Assembly (NCBI GenBank): GCA_013695765.1
Contig: JACCZW010000062.1
Location: forward strand, 6,665 to 70,664
Length of the DNA: 64,000 bases
Origin: Gammaproteobacteria bacterium
Lineage (GTDB): Bacteria > Pseudomonadota > Gammaproteobacteria > JACCYU01
Reading direction: 5' to 3'
Shown here: piece after piece, positions 32,009 to 40,939 of the stretch
Layout: every line of letters starts with the position of its first letter
Numbering within the stretch: the stretch's first letter is position 1
The notes under the pieces: model-generated
Seen by the model: the letters and a program-made list of their open reading frames with translations, nothing else
What the model was told of the DNA's origin: nothing
Databases searched by the model: none
Made by a program: the position numbers and the translations under genes

Positions 32009-33226
32009 TTGAGTTCCTTGTCAAGTCAAAACCGGCGCGTCCTGTCCGGCATGCGGCCCACGGGACGCCTGCACCTGGGTCATTATCACGGCGTTCTCAA
32101 AAACTGGATCGAGCTGCAGCGCACGCACGAGTGCTTTTTCTTCGTCGCCGACTGGCACGCGCTGACCACGCATTACGAAGACCCGCGGGTGATCGGCGGC
32201 AGCGTGTGGGAAATGGTCATCGACTGGCTGGCGGCCGGGCTGGACCCGCGGGCCGCGACCGTGTTCATTCAGTCGCACGTACCCGAACACGCGGAACTGC
32301 ATGTCCTGCTGTCGATGCTGACTCCGCTTTCCTGGCTGGAACGCGTGCCCAGCTTCAAGGATCAGCAGGCGCAACTCAAGGAGCGCGATCTGGCAACCTA
32401 TGGCTTTCTGGGCTACCCGCTGCTGCAAAGCGCCGATATCCTCATCTACAGGGCCGGGCACGTGCCGGTGGGCGAGGATCAGGTGCCGCACGTGGAGTTC
32501 ACCCGCGAAATCGCGCGCCGCTTCAATTATTTGTACGGGCGCGAGCCGGATTTTGCCGCAAAGTCCGAAGATGCGGTCCGCAGGCTTGGCAAGAAATCGG
32601 CCATGGAATTTCAAGACTTTTGCCGGGCGTATCAGGAGCAGGGCGAGCCGCAGGCGCTTGAGCGTGCACGCGCGCTGCTGGAGGAGAGCGTCAATCTCTC
32701 GATCGCGGATCGAGAGCGCCTGCTGGGATTCATCGAAGGCACCGGCAAGATGATCCTGCCCGAACCGCTGCCGCTCTTGACCAAAGCCTCGAAGATGCCG
32801 GGGCTGGATGGCCGCAAGATGTCAAAGTCCTACGGCAACACCATCGAACTGCGCGAACCGCCGGAACACGTCGAACGGAAGTTGCGCACCATGCCCACCG
32901 ATCCGGCGCGCGTGCGCCGCATCGATCCCGGCGAGCCGGAGAAGTGCCCGGTGTGGCCGCTGCATCAACAGTACTCCGGCGACGAGATACAGGCGTGGGT
33001 GCAGCACGGCTGTCGCACCGCCGGCATCGGTTGCCTGGACTGCAAACAGCCGGTGATCGACGCGATAAAGGCGGAGCTCGCGCCGATCCAGGAACGTGCA
33101 AAGGAATACGAGCGCGATGTGGATACGGTGCGTGACATCGTGGCCCAGGGTTGCAGGACGGCGCGCGACATCGCCCGCGAAACGCTAACGGAAGTGCGAC
33201 GGGTGATGGGGTTGGGGTATCGCTAG
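32009..33226 (+). CDS. trpS: Tryptophan--tRNA ligase (long form with an internal insertion of about 70 aa)
   Basis: HIGH-like motif (TGRLHLGHYHG) and KMSKS (KMSKSYGN). About 405 aa, against about 330 for canonical TrpS. Confidence 0.95.
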   Translation: MSSLSSQNRRVLSGMRPTGRLHLGHYHGVLKNWIELQRTHECFFFVADWHALTTHYEDPRVIGGSVWEMVIDWLAAGLDPRAATVFIQSHVPEHAELHVLLSMLTPLSWLERVPSFKDQQAQLKERDLATYGFLGYPLLQSADILIYRAGHVPVGEDQVPHVEFTREIARRFNYLYGREPDFAAKSEDAVRRLGKKSAMEFQDFCRAYQEQGEPQALERARALLEESVNLSIADRERLLGFIEGTGKMILPEPLPLLTKASKMPGLDGRKMSKSYGNTIELREPPEHVERKLRTMPTDPARVRRIDPGEPEKCPVWPLHQQYSGDEIQAWVQHGCRTAGIGCLDCKQPVIDAIKAELAPIQERAKEYERDVDTVRDIVAQGCRTARDIARETLTEVRRVMGLGYR

Positions 33227-34114
33227 ATGGGGACCACGCCTCGTTTGCATGTGGTAAACAACGATGACGGCGCGGAAGATGCGCCCGCGCAGCGTCCGTT
33301 GGCCTTACATGGTCCGGCGCCACTGGCGATGGTGCGCGGGGCGGCCGTTACCGAACTGCCGGTCGATCTATATATTCCGCCTGATGCGCTGCGGGTTTTC
33401 CTCGAAGCCTTCGAAGGGCCGCTGGATCTGCTGATCTATCTGATCAAGCGCCATAATCTGGACATCCTCGACATCCCCATCGCCGACATCACCCGTCAGT
33501 ACATGGAATATGTCGAGATAATGAAGGACTTGCACCTGGATCTCGCGGCGGAGTATCTGGTCACGGCCGCGATGCTGGCCGAAATCAAGTCGCGCATGCT
33601 GCTGCCACGGCCGGTGGAGATCGACGACGAGGTCGATCCGCGCGCGGAGTTGGTGCGCCGTCTGCAGGAATACGAACTCGTCCGCCAGGCGGCCGGGGAC
33701 ATCGATGCATTGCCCCGGCTGGAGCGCGATACCTTCACCGTCGCGGCGCTGCCGCCCGCGATCAGCGCGCCGCGGTTGCTGCCCGAAGTCACCCTCAAGG
33801 ACATGCTGGCCGCGTTCAGGGACATTTTGCAGCGCGCGGAGATGTTCTCGCATCACCACATCCCGCGTGAATCGCTGTCGGTGCGCGAACGCATGTCCAG
33901 CGTGCTGAACCTTTTGGACGGCGAGCAATTCACGGCGTTTTCCGCCTGTTTTACGCGCCAGGAGAGCCGCGCCGGCGTTACCGTGACGTTGCTGGCCGTG
34001 CTGGAGCTGATTCGAGAACGCCTGATAGAACTGGTGCAGACCGAACCATTCGCGCCGATTTACCTGCGAACCGCCACATTCGAATCTGGATCGATAAGCA
34101 CAAGCGCCGAGTAA
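33227..34114 (+). CDS. scpA: Segregation and condensation protein A
   Basis: ScpA N-terminal block FEGPLDLLIYLIKRHNLDILDIPIADIT. Follows trpS, as in Pseudomonas. Confidence 0.9.
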   Translation: MGTTPRLHVVNNDDGAEDAPAQRPLALHGPAPLAMVRGAAVTELPVDLYIPPDALRVFLEAFEGPLDLLIYLIKRHNLDILDIPIADITRQYMEYVEIMKDLHLDLAAEYLVTAAMLAEIKSRMLLPRPVEIDDEVDPRAELVRRLQEYELVRQAAGDIDALPRLERDTFTVAALPPAISAPRLLPEVTLKDMLAAFRDILQRAEMFSHHHIPRESLSVRERMSSVLNLLDGEQFTAFSACFTRQESRAGVTVTLLAVLELIRERLIELVQTEPFAPIYLRTATFESGSISTSAE

Positions 34115-34737
34115 TGGAAATGCGCAAAGTCAAAAATATTATCGAGGCCGCGTTGCTGGCGGCCGATCGCCCGCTGAACGTCGAACAGCTCGCGCAACTG
34201 GTCGTCGACGGCCAGGGGCAATACAGCCGCGACGCCATTCGCGAGGCGCTCGACATGCTGGAGGCGGATTGCGCCGACCGCGGCGTGGAACTCAAACATG
34301 TCGCCAGCGGTTACCGTTATCAGGTGCGTCAGGAATTGAGCCTCTGGATCGCGCGATTATGGGAAGAAAGGCCGCCACGCTATTCGCGCGCGCTACTGGA
34401 GACGCTCGCGCTGATCGCGTATCGTCAGCCCATCACGCGCGGCGATATCGAGGCCATACGCGGGGTGGCCGTCAGCACCGGCATCGTGAAAACCTTACAG
34501 GAGCGCGAGTGGATACGGGTGGTGGGGCACCGGGACGTGCCGGGCCGGCCGGCCATGTACGGCACCACGCGGCAGTTTCTCGATTATTTTAATCTTGGCT
34601 CGCTGGACGAACTGCCGGCGCTGGCCGAATTGGTGGGCTTGGACAAGGTCCCGCCGCAGCTTGATCTGGTTGATTCGGATATTCCGCGCGACGCGGGATT
34701 GCGGACAAAGTCAGCCGAACCCGCAGAGCGCACATAA
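34114..34737 (+). CDS. scpB: Segregation and condensation protein B
   Basis: Winged-helix ScpB blocks (IIEAALLAADRPL, ALIAYRQPITRGDIEAIRGV). Confidence 0.9.
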   Translation: MEMRKVKNIIEAALLAADRPLNVEQLAQLVVDGQGQYSRDAIREALDMLEADCADRGVELKHVASGYRYQVRQELSLWIARLWEERPPRYSRALLETLALIAYRQPITRGDIEAIRGVAVSTGIVKTLQEREWIRVVGHRDVPGRPAMYGTTRQFLDYFNLGSLDELPALAELVGLDKVPPQLDLVDSDIPRDAGLRTKSAEPAERT

Positions 34738-34782
34738 GTCGGTCAAGGTGAGTAAGTGCCATAGCACTGGAATGAAGGCGTG

Positions 34783-35223
34783 TTATCGCCCGGATGGGTG
34801 CTCTTTTTCCGACTCTGATTTGTTGCCTTTCCTGCCGCTGAAGGATGCGCGCGCGTCCGTGTATTTCTGTTTGAACTTGTGCAGCAGAGAACGCGCCCAG
34901 TCGAATTCAATCGACAGAATGCCTAAGCCCACGGCGATTCCAACCAGCCCCGGACCGGGCGTGACCAGCATGACGACACCCGCCAGCAGCACCACACCGC
35001 CCACGATCAGCACCGCGATGCGCCTCACCTGGCGCAGCCCGATAGCGAACAGTCCGTCGCCCGGGGCTGTCTGTGCCTGGTGCGCCGTCGTCCGTGGCTT
35101 AAGCGCCGGTTGCGCTTCGGCGGGGCGTGCGTTGTCTGTATCCTGTGGTTTGTACATTGGGCTTCCCGGTGCATATTCCGTGTGAGTTCGTCGAGAAATT
35201 TCCGATGCTGGATGTTCCAGCAC
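34783..35223 (-). CDS. PGPGW-motif small transmembrane protein
   Basis: Contains LVTPGPGLVGIAVGLGILSIEF (PGPGW-type TM motif). Start uncertain; possibly the internal MYKPQD. Confidence 0.55.
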   Translation of the reverse strand: MLEHPASEISRRTHTEYAPGSPMYKPQDTDNARPAEAQPALKPRTTAHQAQTAPGDGLFAIGLRQVRRIAVLIVGGVVLLAGVVMLVTPGPGLVGIAVGLGILSIEFDWARSLLHKFKQKYTDARASFSGRKGNKSESEKEHPSGR

Positions 35224-35335
35224 TGAGTGCTTTGATGCGCGGCTATTAAAACAGGTTCCACCTGCGTGATACAGCGCGCACCGATATCCGTGCCACCGCT
35301 GCCCGCTCCTGATCCGGTATTGTTAACAGATTTCA

Positions 35336-36139
35336 GTGAAAGAACGCTTACAAAAGCTGCTGGCGCGCGAGGGTCTGGGCTCACGCCGCGAAATCGAGGG
35401 CTGGATCGCGGCAGGGCAGGTCAAGGTCAACGGCCACGTCGCGCAGCTGGGCGATCAGGCCGGAGACGGTGACCGGGTGCGCGTACGTGGCAAACCCGTG
35501 CGCCTCTCCAGGCACGTGCGCCCGCGGGTGATCGCGTATCACAAGCCGCAGGGCGAATTGACCACGCGCCAGGACCCGGAAGGACGTCCGACGGTATTCG
35601 CGCGGCTGCCGTATCTGCACGCGGGACGCTGGATCGCGGTGGGCCGTCTGGATGCGAGCACGTCGGGTCTGCTGTTGTTCACTACCGATGGCGCGTTGGC
35701 TAACCTGCTCATGCACCCGTCGTGCGGGGTCGAGCGCGAATATGCCGCGCGCGTGCGCGGCGAGATCAGCGCGGAGGTGCTCGCCCGACTGCAACTGGGT
35801 GTGCTGCTGGACGATGGCCCCGCGCGCTTCGAGACCATTTTAGAGGCCGGTGGCGGCGGCGCCAACCGCTGGTACCACGTGATGCTGCGCGAGGGGCGCA
35901 ACCGCGAAGTGAGGCGGCTGTGGGACAGTCAGAACGTGACGGTCAGCCGGCTGATCCGCATTCGTTATGGTTCGCTGACCCTGGGTCGATGGTTGCGGCC
36001 CGGGCACTGGCGCGAACTGGAGGCGGACGAACTGCGGACGTTATACGGGCAGGCCGGGTTGGACGCTCACGGATGCGCGCCCGGGCCGCACGCTGGAAGG
36101 CGTTCGATCCCGGCGCGCACAAGGCAACGGCCGCGGTGA
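35336..36139 (+). CDS. rluB: 23S rRNA pseudouridine(2605) synthase RluB
   Basis: S4 domain (RLQKLLAREGLGSRRE) and RsuA-family catalytic block (GRLDASTSGLLLFTTDG), with a basic C-terminal tail. Confidence 0.9.
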   Translation: MKERLQKLLAREGLGSRREIEGWIAAGQVKVNGHVAQLGDQAGDGDRVRVRGKPVRLSRHVRPRVIAYHKPQGELTTRQDPEGRPTVFARLPYLHAGRWIAVGRLDASTSGLLLFTTDGALANLLMHPSCGVEREYAARVRGEISAEVLARLQLGVLLDDGPARFETILEAGGGGANRWYHVMLREGRNREVRRLWDSQNVTVSRLIRIRYGSLTLGRWLRPGHWRELEADELRTLYGQAGLDAHGCAPGPHAGRRSIPARTRQRPR

Positions 36140-36185
36140 TTCGCCAGGAGTTACAGCTAGCGGTTAATCCCTCGAAAGAGGAGGG

Positions 36186-36929
36186 TCACCGCGCCCACCT
36201 GAAATTCTGTCCGGTAGTGCCCTTGCTGTCCGGGCCCATGAAGTACAGGTAAGGCGCGATCACGTCGTCCGGCATGGGCAGCGTGGCCGCGTCTTCGCCC
36301 GGGTAGTTCTGCGTCCGCAGATTCGTGCGCACGGGCCCGGGGTCGATGCCGTTCACCCGGACTGGCCGGTCGGTGTCCAGTTCGTCCGCCAGGATATTCA
36401 GTAGCGCCTCCTGGCCGTGTTTCGCCACGCCGTAGGCGCCCCAGTGCGCGCGCGTGCAGTGATCAGTCGAAAACACGATGGCTGAATCCGCGCCCTGTTT
36501 CAGGAGCGGTATGCACACTTGGCAGATGAGAAACGGCGCGTTGAGATTGACGTTGATGATCCGCGCCCACAGTCCGATGTCGTAGTGCTGGATGGGAGTC
36601 AGGCCGCCGACCTGCGCCGCGTTGTTGAGCAGGCCGTCGAGGCGCCCAAATTCGTTCTTGATGTTGTCGCCCAGATCGTCGTAGTCCTTGGGCGTGGCGG
36701 TCTCCAGGTTCAGGGGGAAAATCGCGGGTTGGGGATGGCCGGCGGATTCGATTTCGTCGTAGACCTGTTCCAGTTTTTTGATCGTGCGTCCAAGCAATAT
36801 TACTGTGGCGCCATGTGCGGCATAGGCCTTCGCGACCGTCCGGCCGATACCACCGCTCGCGCCGGTGACCAGAATAACGCGCTCATGGAGGAGATGCGGC
36901 GGGGCGACGTAATTTCGAGGGTCGTTCAT
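36186..36929 (-). CDS. yciK: YciK-family short-chain dehydrogenase/reductase
   Basis: Collinear with E. coli YciK (ILVTGASGGIGR..., NAA...G, WGAYGVAK, INPG). Confidence 0.85.
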   Translation of the reverse strand: MNDPRNYVAPPHLLHERVILVTGASGGIGRTVAKAYAAHGATVILLGRTIKKLEQVYDEIESAGHPQPAIFPLNLETATPKDYDDLGDNIKNEFGRLDGLLNNAAQVGGLTPIQHYDIGLWARIINVNLNAPFLICQVCIPLLKQGADSAIVFSTDHCTRAHWGAYGVAKHGQEALLNILADELDTDRPVRVNGIDPGPVRTNLRTQNYPGEDAATLPMPDDVIAPYLYFMGPDSKGTTGQNFRWAR

Positions 36930-37087
36930 AACAGTGTTGTTGCGGATACATAAAATGCGTACACAGTTGACCCCGACAGATCAGGTTCAAGCCGCGCAGC
37001 AATCCGCCAGGACGATAGCAGTTGCCGTGCAACAGGTTGTGGTTTAGCGGTCATTATTCCTGCACTCGCCGGGAGGTCTGCACTGGT

Positions 37088-37945
37088 TTAGAGGTCAAGC
37101 CATGCGCCGAGATCCTGGTGAATCAAGTCCTGTAGCTTCAGAATATCTTCGCGGTAGTAATTGATCAGTCCAGCTCGCTCGTCCGTCGAAATTTCCGCTT
37201 TCTCAAATTTGCTGGAACCAATGTTGGCGAGGCGCCGACGGATTCCTGACGGTACTATCGACTGCACAGCCCGAGTCATGCCCAGGCTCTTGCGATACTG
37301 TAAGCGGAAGTACTGTATACCTCTTGCTTTTTTGATAGTGCCAGTGTTGTGACGCGTCGATACGTTTGCACGGAAGGTATCGTCAACCTCCAGGTAGCGG
37401 TAAGTCTCGCGCATGACGGAAATGGCGTCTTTTTCCAGGTCGTCAAATAACAAAATTTTCAGTCTGTCTTTCCCGAAGAGATCCAGATAATACTTCACGT
37501 GATTGTAGTACAGGCTGCTCCGCAATATGTCCTCGTCACCATCCAGTATATTCTCCCAACTGTGCGTTTCGTTGCCGACGCGGACGCGCATATTGTAGCC
37601 CGAAATCGTCTTGTCTATAGGATTTCGGAGAATGGCAATTAACTTCGCATCCGGAATGTGAGTGCGGATTGCGTGCGCCGCAAATCTACTGTGCAGGTAG
37701 TTGGGTGAAGCTTCACCCACGGCTTTCTCGGTGGTGACCCCGTTAAACAGAGCAATGTAATCCGCCATGGATCTGACGGGGAATGCGTCCGCTGCACGAT
37801 GCTTTGGATTGGTTTCGTCGTAGGCAAAAAAGCGAGGCTCTTTCAGCCAGCTCATATGGACGTGCGGGTGCTCTTTGAGATAGTAGTAAAGCGATGTCGT
37901 ACCGGCTTTTGCAACACCGATGACTAAGAAATTAGGTAGTTGCAT
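37088..37945 (-). CDS. Sulfotransferase-domain protein (PAPS-dependent; different family from the 15683-16438 enzyme)
   Basis: 5'-PSB FLVIGVAKAGTTSL and 3'-PB ILRNPIDKTISGY. About 48% GC. The ATG at 37945 has a GGAGG Shine-Dalgarno; the ORF-track start at 37975 is a TTG extension. Confidence 0.8.
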   Translation of the reverse strand: MQLPNFLVIGVAKAGTTSLYYYLKEHPHVHMSWLKEPRFFAYDETNPKHRAADAFPVRSMADYIALFNGVTTEKAVGEASPNYLHSRFAAHAIRTHIPDAKLIAILRNPIDKTISGYNMRVRVGNETHSWENILDGDEDILRSSLYYNHVKYYLDLFGKDRLKILLFDDLEKDAISVMRETYRYLEVDDTFRANVSTRHNTGTIKKARGIQYFRLQYRKSLGMTRAVQSIVPSGIRRRLANIGSSKFEKAEISTDERAGLINYYREDILKLQDLIHQDLGAWLDL

Positions 37946-38197
37946 CGAGCCTCCTGTCATTGTCCGCGGTTTCAAGGGGAATAGTGTGCAAAAGCCGATG
38001 AAAGCAGATCGTTACCCTATGCCGCCTGCATACGGTCTTCCGCAGCTGTTACTCGCGCGAGAAAGCCCACTTAACCAGTCCAGAAAGTGAGTCCGCGGCG
38101 CGCTTCGCCGAAAAACTAGACATTGATTGTATCGTACCCATTACTCTACCGGTAAACTCGGAGCTACTGGTAAGCTTCGACGCCCGAGCCGCCTCGA

Positions 38198-39469
38198 CTA
38201 ATCTTTCCGGGCGGGTACCCGCGTGGTTCTGTCCAGCTGCTCTGTAGCACTAAGTTGTTTGGCTGGATTGATGCCTAGCTCGGTGAACCTGCGTGCGCCC
38301 GGCAGCAGTTGCCGCTCCAGCGAACCGACCGCCTTGTTGTACTGATCGACGCTGCTGCTTAAGGATTTGCCCAGACCCGTCAGGTGTTCGGTGAACGTAT
38401 AGACGCGCTTGTAGAGTTCCTCGCCCAGTGCGCGAATCTTCTCGGCGTTTTCGTTGACCGCCTGCTGCCGCCAGCCGTAGGCAATGATGCGCAGCAGCGC
38501 GATGAGGCTGGTCGGTGTGGCCAGGATCACCTTGTCGCGCAGCGCGTCCTCGAGCAGTGCCGGGTCGTGTTGCAGCGCGCTGGACAGAAATTGATCGCCG
38601 GGAATGAACAGCACCACGAAATCCGGCGAGTCCTTGAACTGCGTCCAGTATTGCTTGCTGGCGAGCGCCTTGACCCGCTCGCGCATGCCGCGCGCGTGAC
38701 GCTTTAGATGTTGAGTACGCTGTTGATCGTCCACCGCCTCGACGGCGCTTAAATAAGCATCGAGTGGCGTCTTGGCGTCGATCACGATCTCGCGCCGTTC
38801 GGGCATGCGTAAAATAAGGTCCGGTCGCATGCCACCCTCGGCGGTGGCGTGATGAACTTGTTCGTAGAAATCGCAGTATTCGACCATACCGGCCAGCTCG
38901 GCCAGACGCCGTAAGGTGAGTTCGCCCCACTGCCCGCGCACCTCCGGCCGGCGCAGGGCCTGCACCAGATTTCTCGTCTCCAATTGTAACTGCACCTGGG
39001 ATACGGCCATCAGATTGAGATGCTGAGTGAGCGACCCGTGCGCCGTGGCGCGGTCTTTTTCCATCGCCTGCATTTGTTGCTCGTTTTTTTCCATCGCCTC
39101 GCGAATAGGCTTGACCAGCGTTTCGACCGCTTTCTCCTTGCGTTGCAACTCGGCCTCAGCCTGCACTTGAAACTGCGTCAGGTTCTCCCGCGCCAGGCGT
39201 AGGAATGCCTCGTTATTCTCCTTTAGCGCCCGGCTGGAAAGTGCCGCAAAACTGTCCTTGAGCTGTTGGCGTGCCTCGTCCAGCGCCGCATCGCGTTCGA
39301 CATAGCGCTGTTGCTCGGCTGCAAGTTGCGCGGTCAGTTGTGCATTGTCCCGCTGCTGGCGCTCAAGCTCCGTATGCTTGCGGCCAGCGGCGAACCATGC
39401 GTCGAGCAAAATGCCCGCAATGAACGCGCCGACGAGCGCCGCGATCAATTGCACGTTGAACATCGTCAT
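38198..39469 (-). CDS. rmuC: DNA recombination protein RmuC
   Basis: N-terminal TM helix, long coiled-coil, C-terminal RmuC nuclease-like domain (VVLFIPGDQFLSSAL...ILATPTSL). Confidence 0.9.
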   Translation of the reverse strand: MTMFNVQLIAALVGAFIAGILLDAWFAAGRKHTELERQQRDNAQLTAQLAAEQQRYVERDAALDEARQQLKDSFAALSSRALKENNEAFLRLARENLTQFQVQAEAELQRKEKAVETLVKPIREAMEKNEQQMQAMEKDRATAHGSLTQHLNLMAVSQVQLQLETRNLVQALRRPEVRGQWGELTLRRLAELAGMVEYCDFYEQVHHATAEGGMRPDLILRMPERREIVIDAKTPLDAYLSAVEAVDDQQRTQHLKRHARGMRERVKALASKQYWTQFKDSPDFVVLFIPGDQFLSSALQHDPALLEDALRDKVILATPTSLIALLRIIAYGWRQQAVNENAEKIRALGEELYKRVYTFTEHLTGLGKSLSSSVDQYNKAVGSLERQLLPGARRFTELGINPAKQLSATEQLDRTTRVPARKD

Positions 39470-40146
39470 CGCAGCCTGCCTGCGCCGTTGCGGCTCCGCA
39501 GCCACGCGGACAGTTGGGCGATGTCTTCGAGCACACCGTCGGCGCCCCAGGCGTGCGGATTTTCTGCATCGCTAATGTAGCCATATAACGCGACCAGAGT
39601 GGTCATGCCGGCCGCCTCGCCGGCCCGGATGTCGCGCGGATCGTCGCCGATGTAAACGCAGCGCGCGGCGTCGCTGGCGCAGCACGTGCACGCGTGCAGC
39701 AACGGTTTGGGATGTGGCTTGCGCTGATCGGTGGTGTCGCCGCTGACCACACACGCGGCGCCCGTGGTCAGTCCCAGTGCGTCGATCAGCCGGTCGGTCA
39801 GCCAGGCCGGCTTGTTGATGACCACGCCCCACTTGCGGCCGGAGTCTTCGATGTGCGCCAGCGTCGCGGCCATGTTCGGGAACAGCCGCGTGTCGACGCA
39901 AAGTGCGTCTGCGTAGATCTGCAAAAAGCGCACGCGCAGGCGCTCGAATTCGTCATCCGCAATCTCCTCGCCATACGCCAGGCGCAGCAGACCGACCGCT
40001 CCGCGCGACACGCAGCTTCGGGCGACCGTCGGGTCCACAGGCCGACGATTCTCCTCGCGCAGCAATGAACTCAGTGCGGCGAGCATGTCCGGTGCGGTAT
40101 CGGCCAGGGTTCCGTCGAGGTCGAACAGCACGGTCTCGATATTCAC
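39466..40146 (-). CDS. gph: HAD-superfamily phosphoglycolate phosphatase
   Basis: HAD motif I VLFDLDGTLADT, motif III K, motif IV GDDPRD. Conserved ubiG-gph pairing. Confidence 0.85.
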   Translation of the reverse strand: MNIETVLFDLDGTLADTAPDMLAALSSLLREENRRPVDPTVARSCVSRGAVGLLRLAYGEEIADDEFERLRVRFLQIYADALCVDTRLFPNMAATLAHIEDSGRKWGVVINKPAWLTDRLIDALGLTTGAACVVSGDTTDQRKPHPKPLLHACTCCASDAARCVYIGDDPRDIRAGEAAGMTTLVALYGYISDAENPHAWGADGVLEDIAQLSAWLRSRNGAGRLR

Positions 40147-40168
40147 GTGCGGCGCGCGCGTTCCAAGT

Positions 40169-40876
40169 TCAAGCCTTGCGCGTGTGCATCAGGTAATTGA
40201 CGGTGACATCATCCGAGAGCGCATAACCGCGCGTGATGGGATTGTAGACCAGGCCGGTGATATCGGCCGGTTGCAGCCCGGCGTCGCGCGCCCGGCGGCC
40301 CAGCTCCGAGGGACGGATAAACCGCGCGAACTCGTGCGTGCCTTTGGGGATCAGGTTCAAGACATACTCCGCTCCGACAATCGCGAACAGGAACGATTTG
40401 GGGTTGCGGTTGAGCGTGGAGAAAAATACGTGACCTTCCGGTTTCGCCAGGCGAGCACAGGCGTTCACGGTCGCGCCGGGGTCCGGCACGTGCTCCAGCA
40501 TTTCCAGACAGGTGACGATGTCGAAGGTGCCGGGATGTTCGTCGGCGAGTTGTTCGACGGCGACATTCCGATAATTGATTTGCAGCCCGCTCTGCGCGGC
40601 ATGCGTGCTTGCCGCGCGTAGCGATGCATCGGCCAGATCGATGCCGGTCACCAGCGCGCCACGTTTCGCCATCGCTTCGGTCAGAATCCCGCCGCCGCAA
40701 CCCACGTCCAGAACCTGCCTGCCGGTGAGCCGCGCGCGGCCGTCGATATAGTCCAGACGCAGCGGGTTTATGTCGTGCAGGGCCTTGAACTGACCTTGAC
40801 GGTTCCACCACTGGTCCGCCAGAAGTTCAAATTTGGCAATTTCGGCGGCATCGAAGTTTGGTCGCAGGGGAGCCAT
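40169..40876 (-). CDS. ubiG: Bifunctional 3-demethylubiquinone 3-O-methyltransferase / 2-polyprenyl-6-hydroxyphenol methylase
   Basis: UbiG N-terminal EIAKFELLADQWWN and SAM motif VLDVGCGGGIL. Confidence 0.9.
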   Translation of the reverse strand: MAPLRPNFDAAEIAKFELLADQWWNRQGQFKALHDINPLRLDYIDGRARLTGRQVLDVGCGGGILTEAMAKRGALVTGIDLADASLRAASTHAAQSGLQINYRNVAVEQLADEHPGTFDIVTCLEMLEHVPDPGATVNACARLAKPEGHVFFSTLNRNPKSFLFAIVGAEYVLNLIPKGTHEFARFIRPSELGRRARDAGLQPADITGLVYNPITRGYALSDDVTVNYLMHTRKA

Positions 40877-40939
40877 GAGCTTAGCGTCTGTGGTCGGTGG
40901 AAAAGCAGGCTCGTATTAATGCGAACAGGCGCCGCGCCA

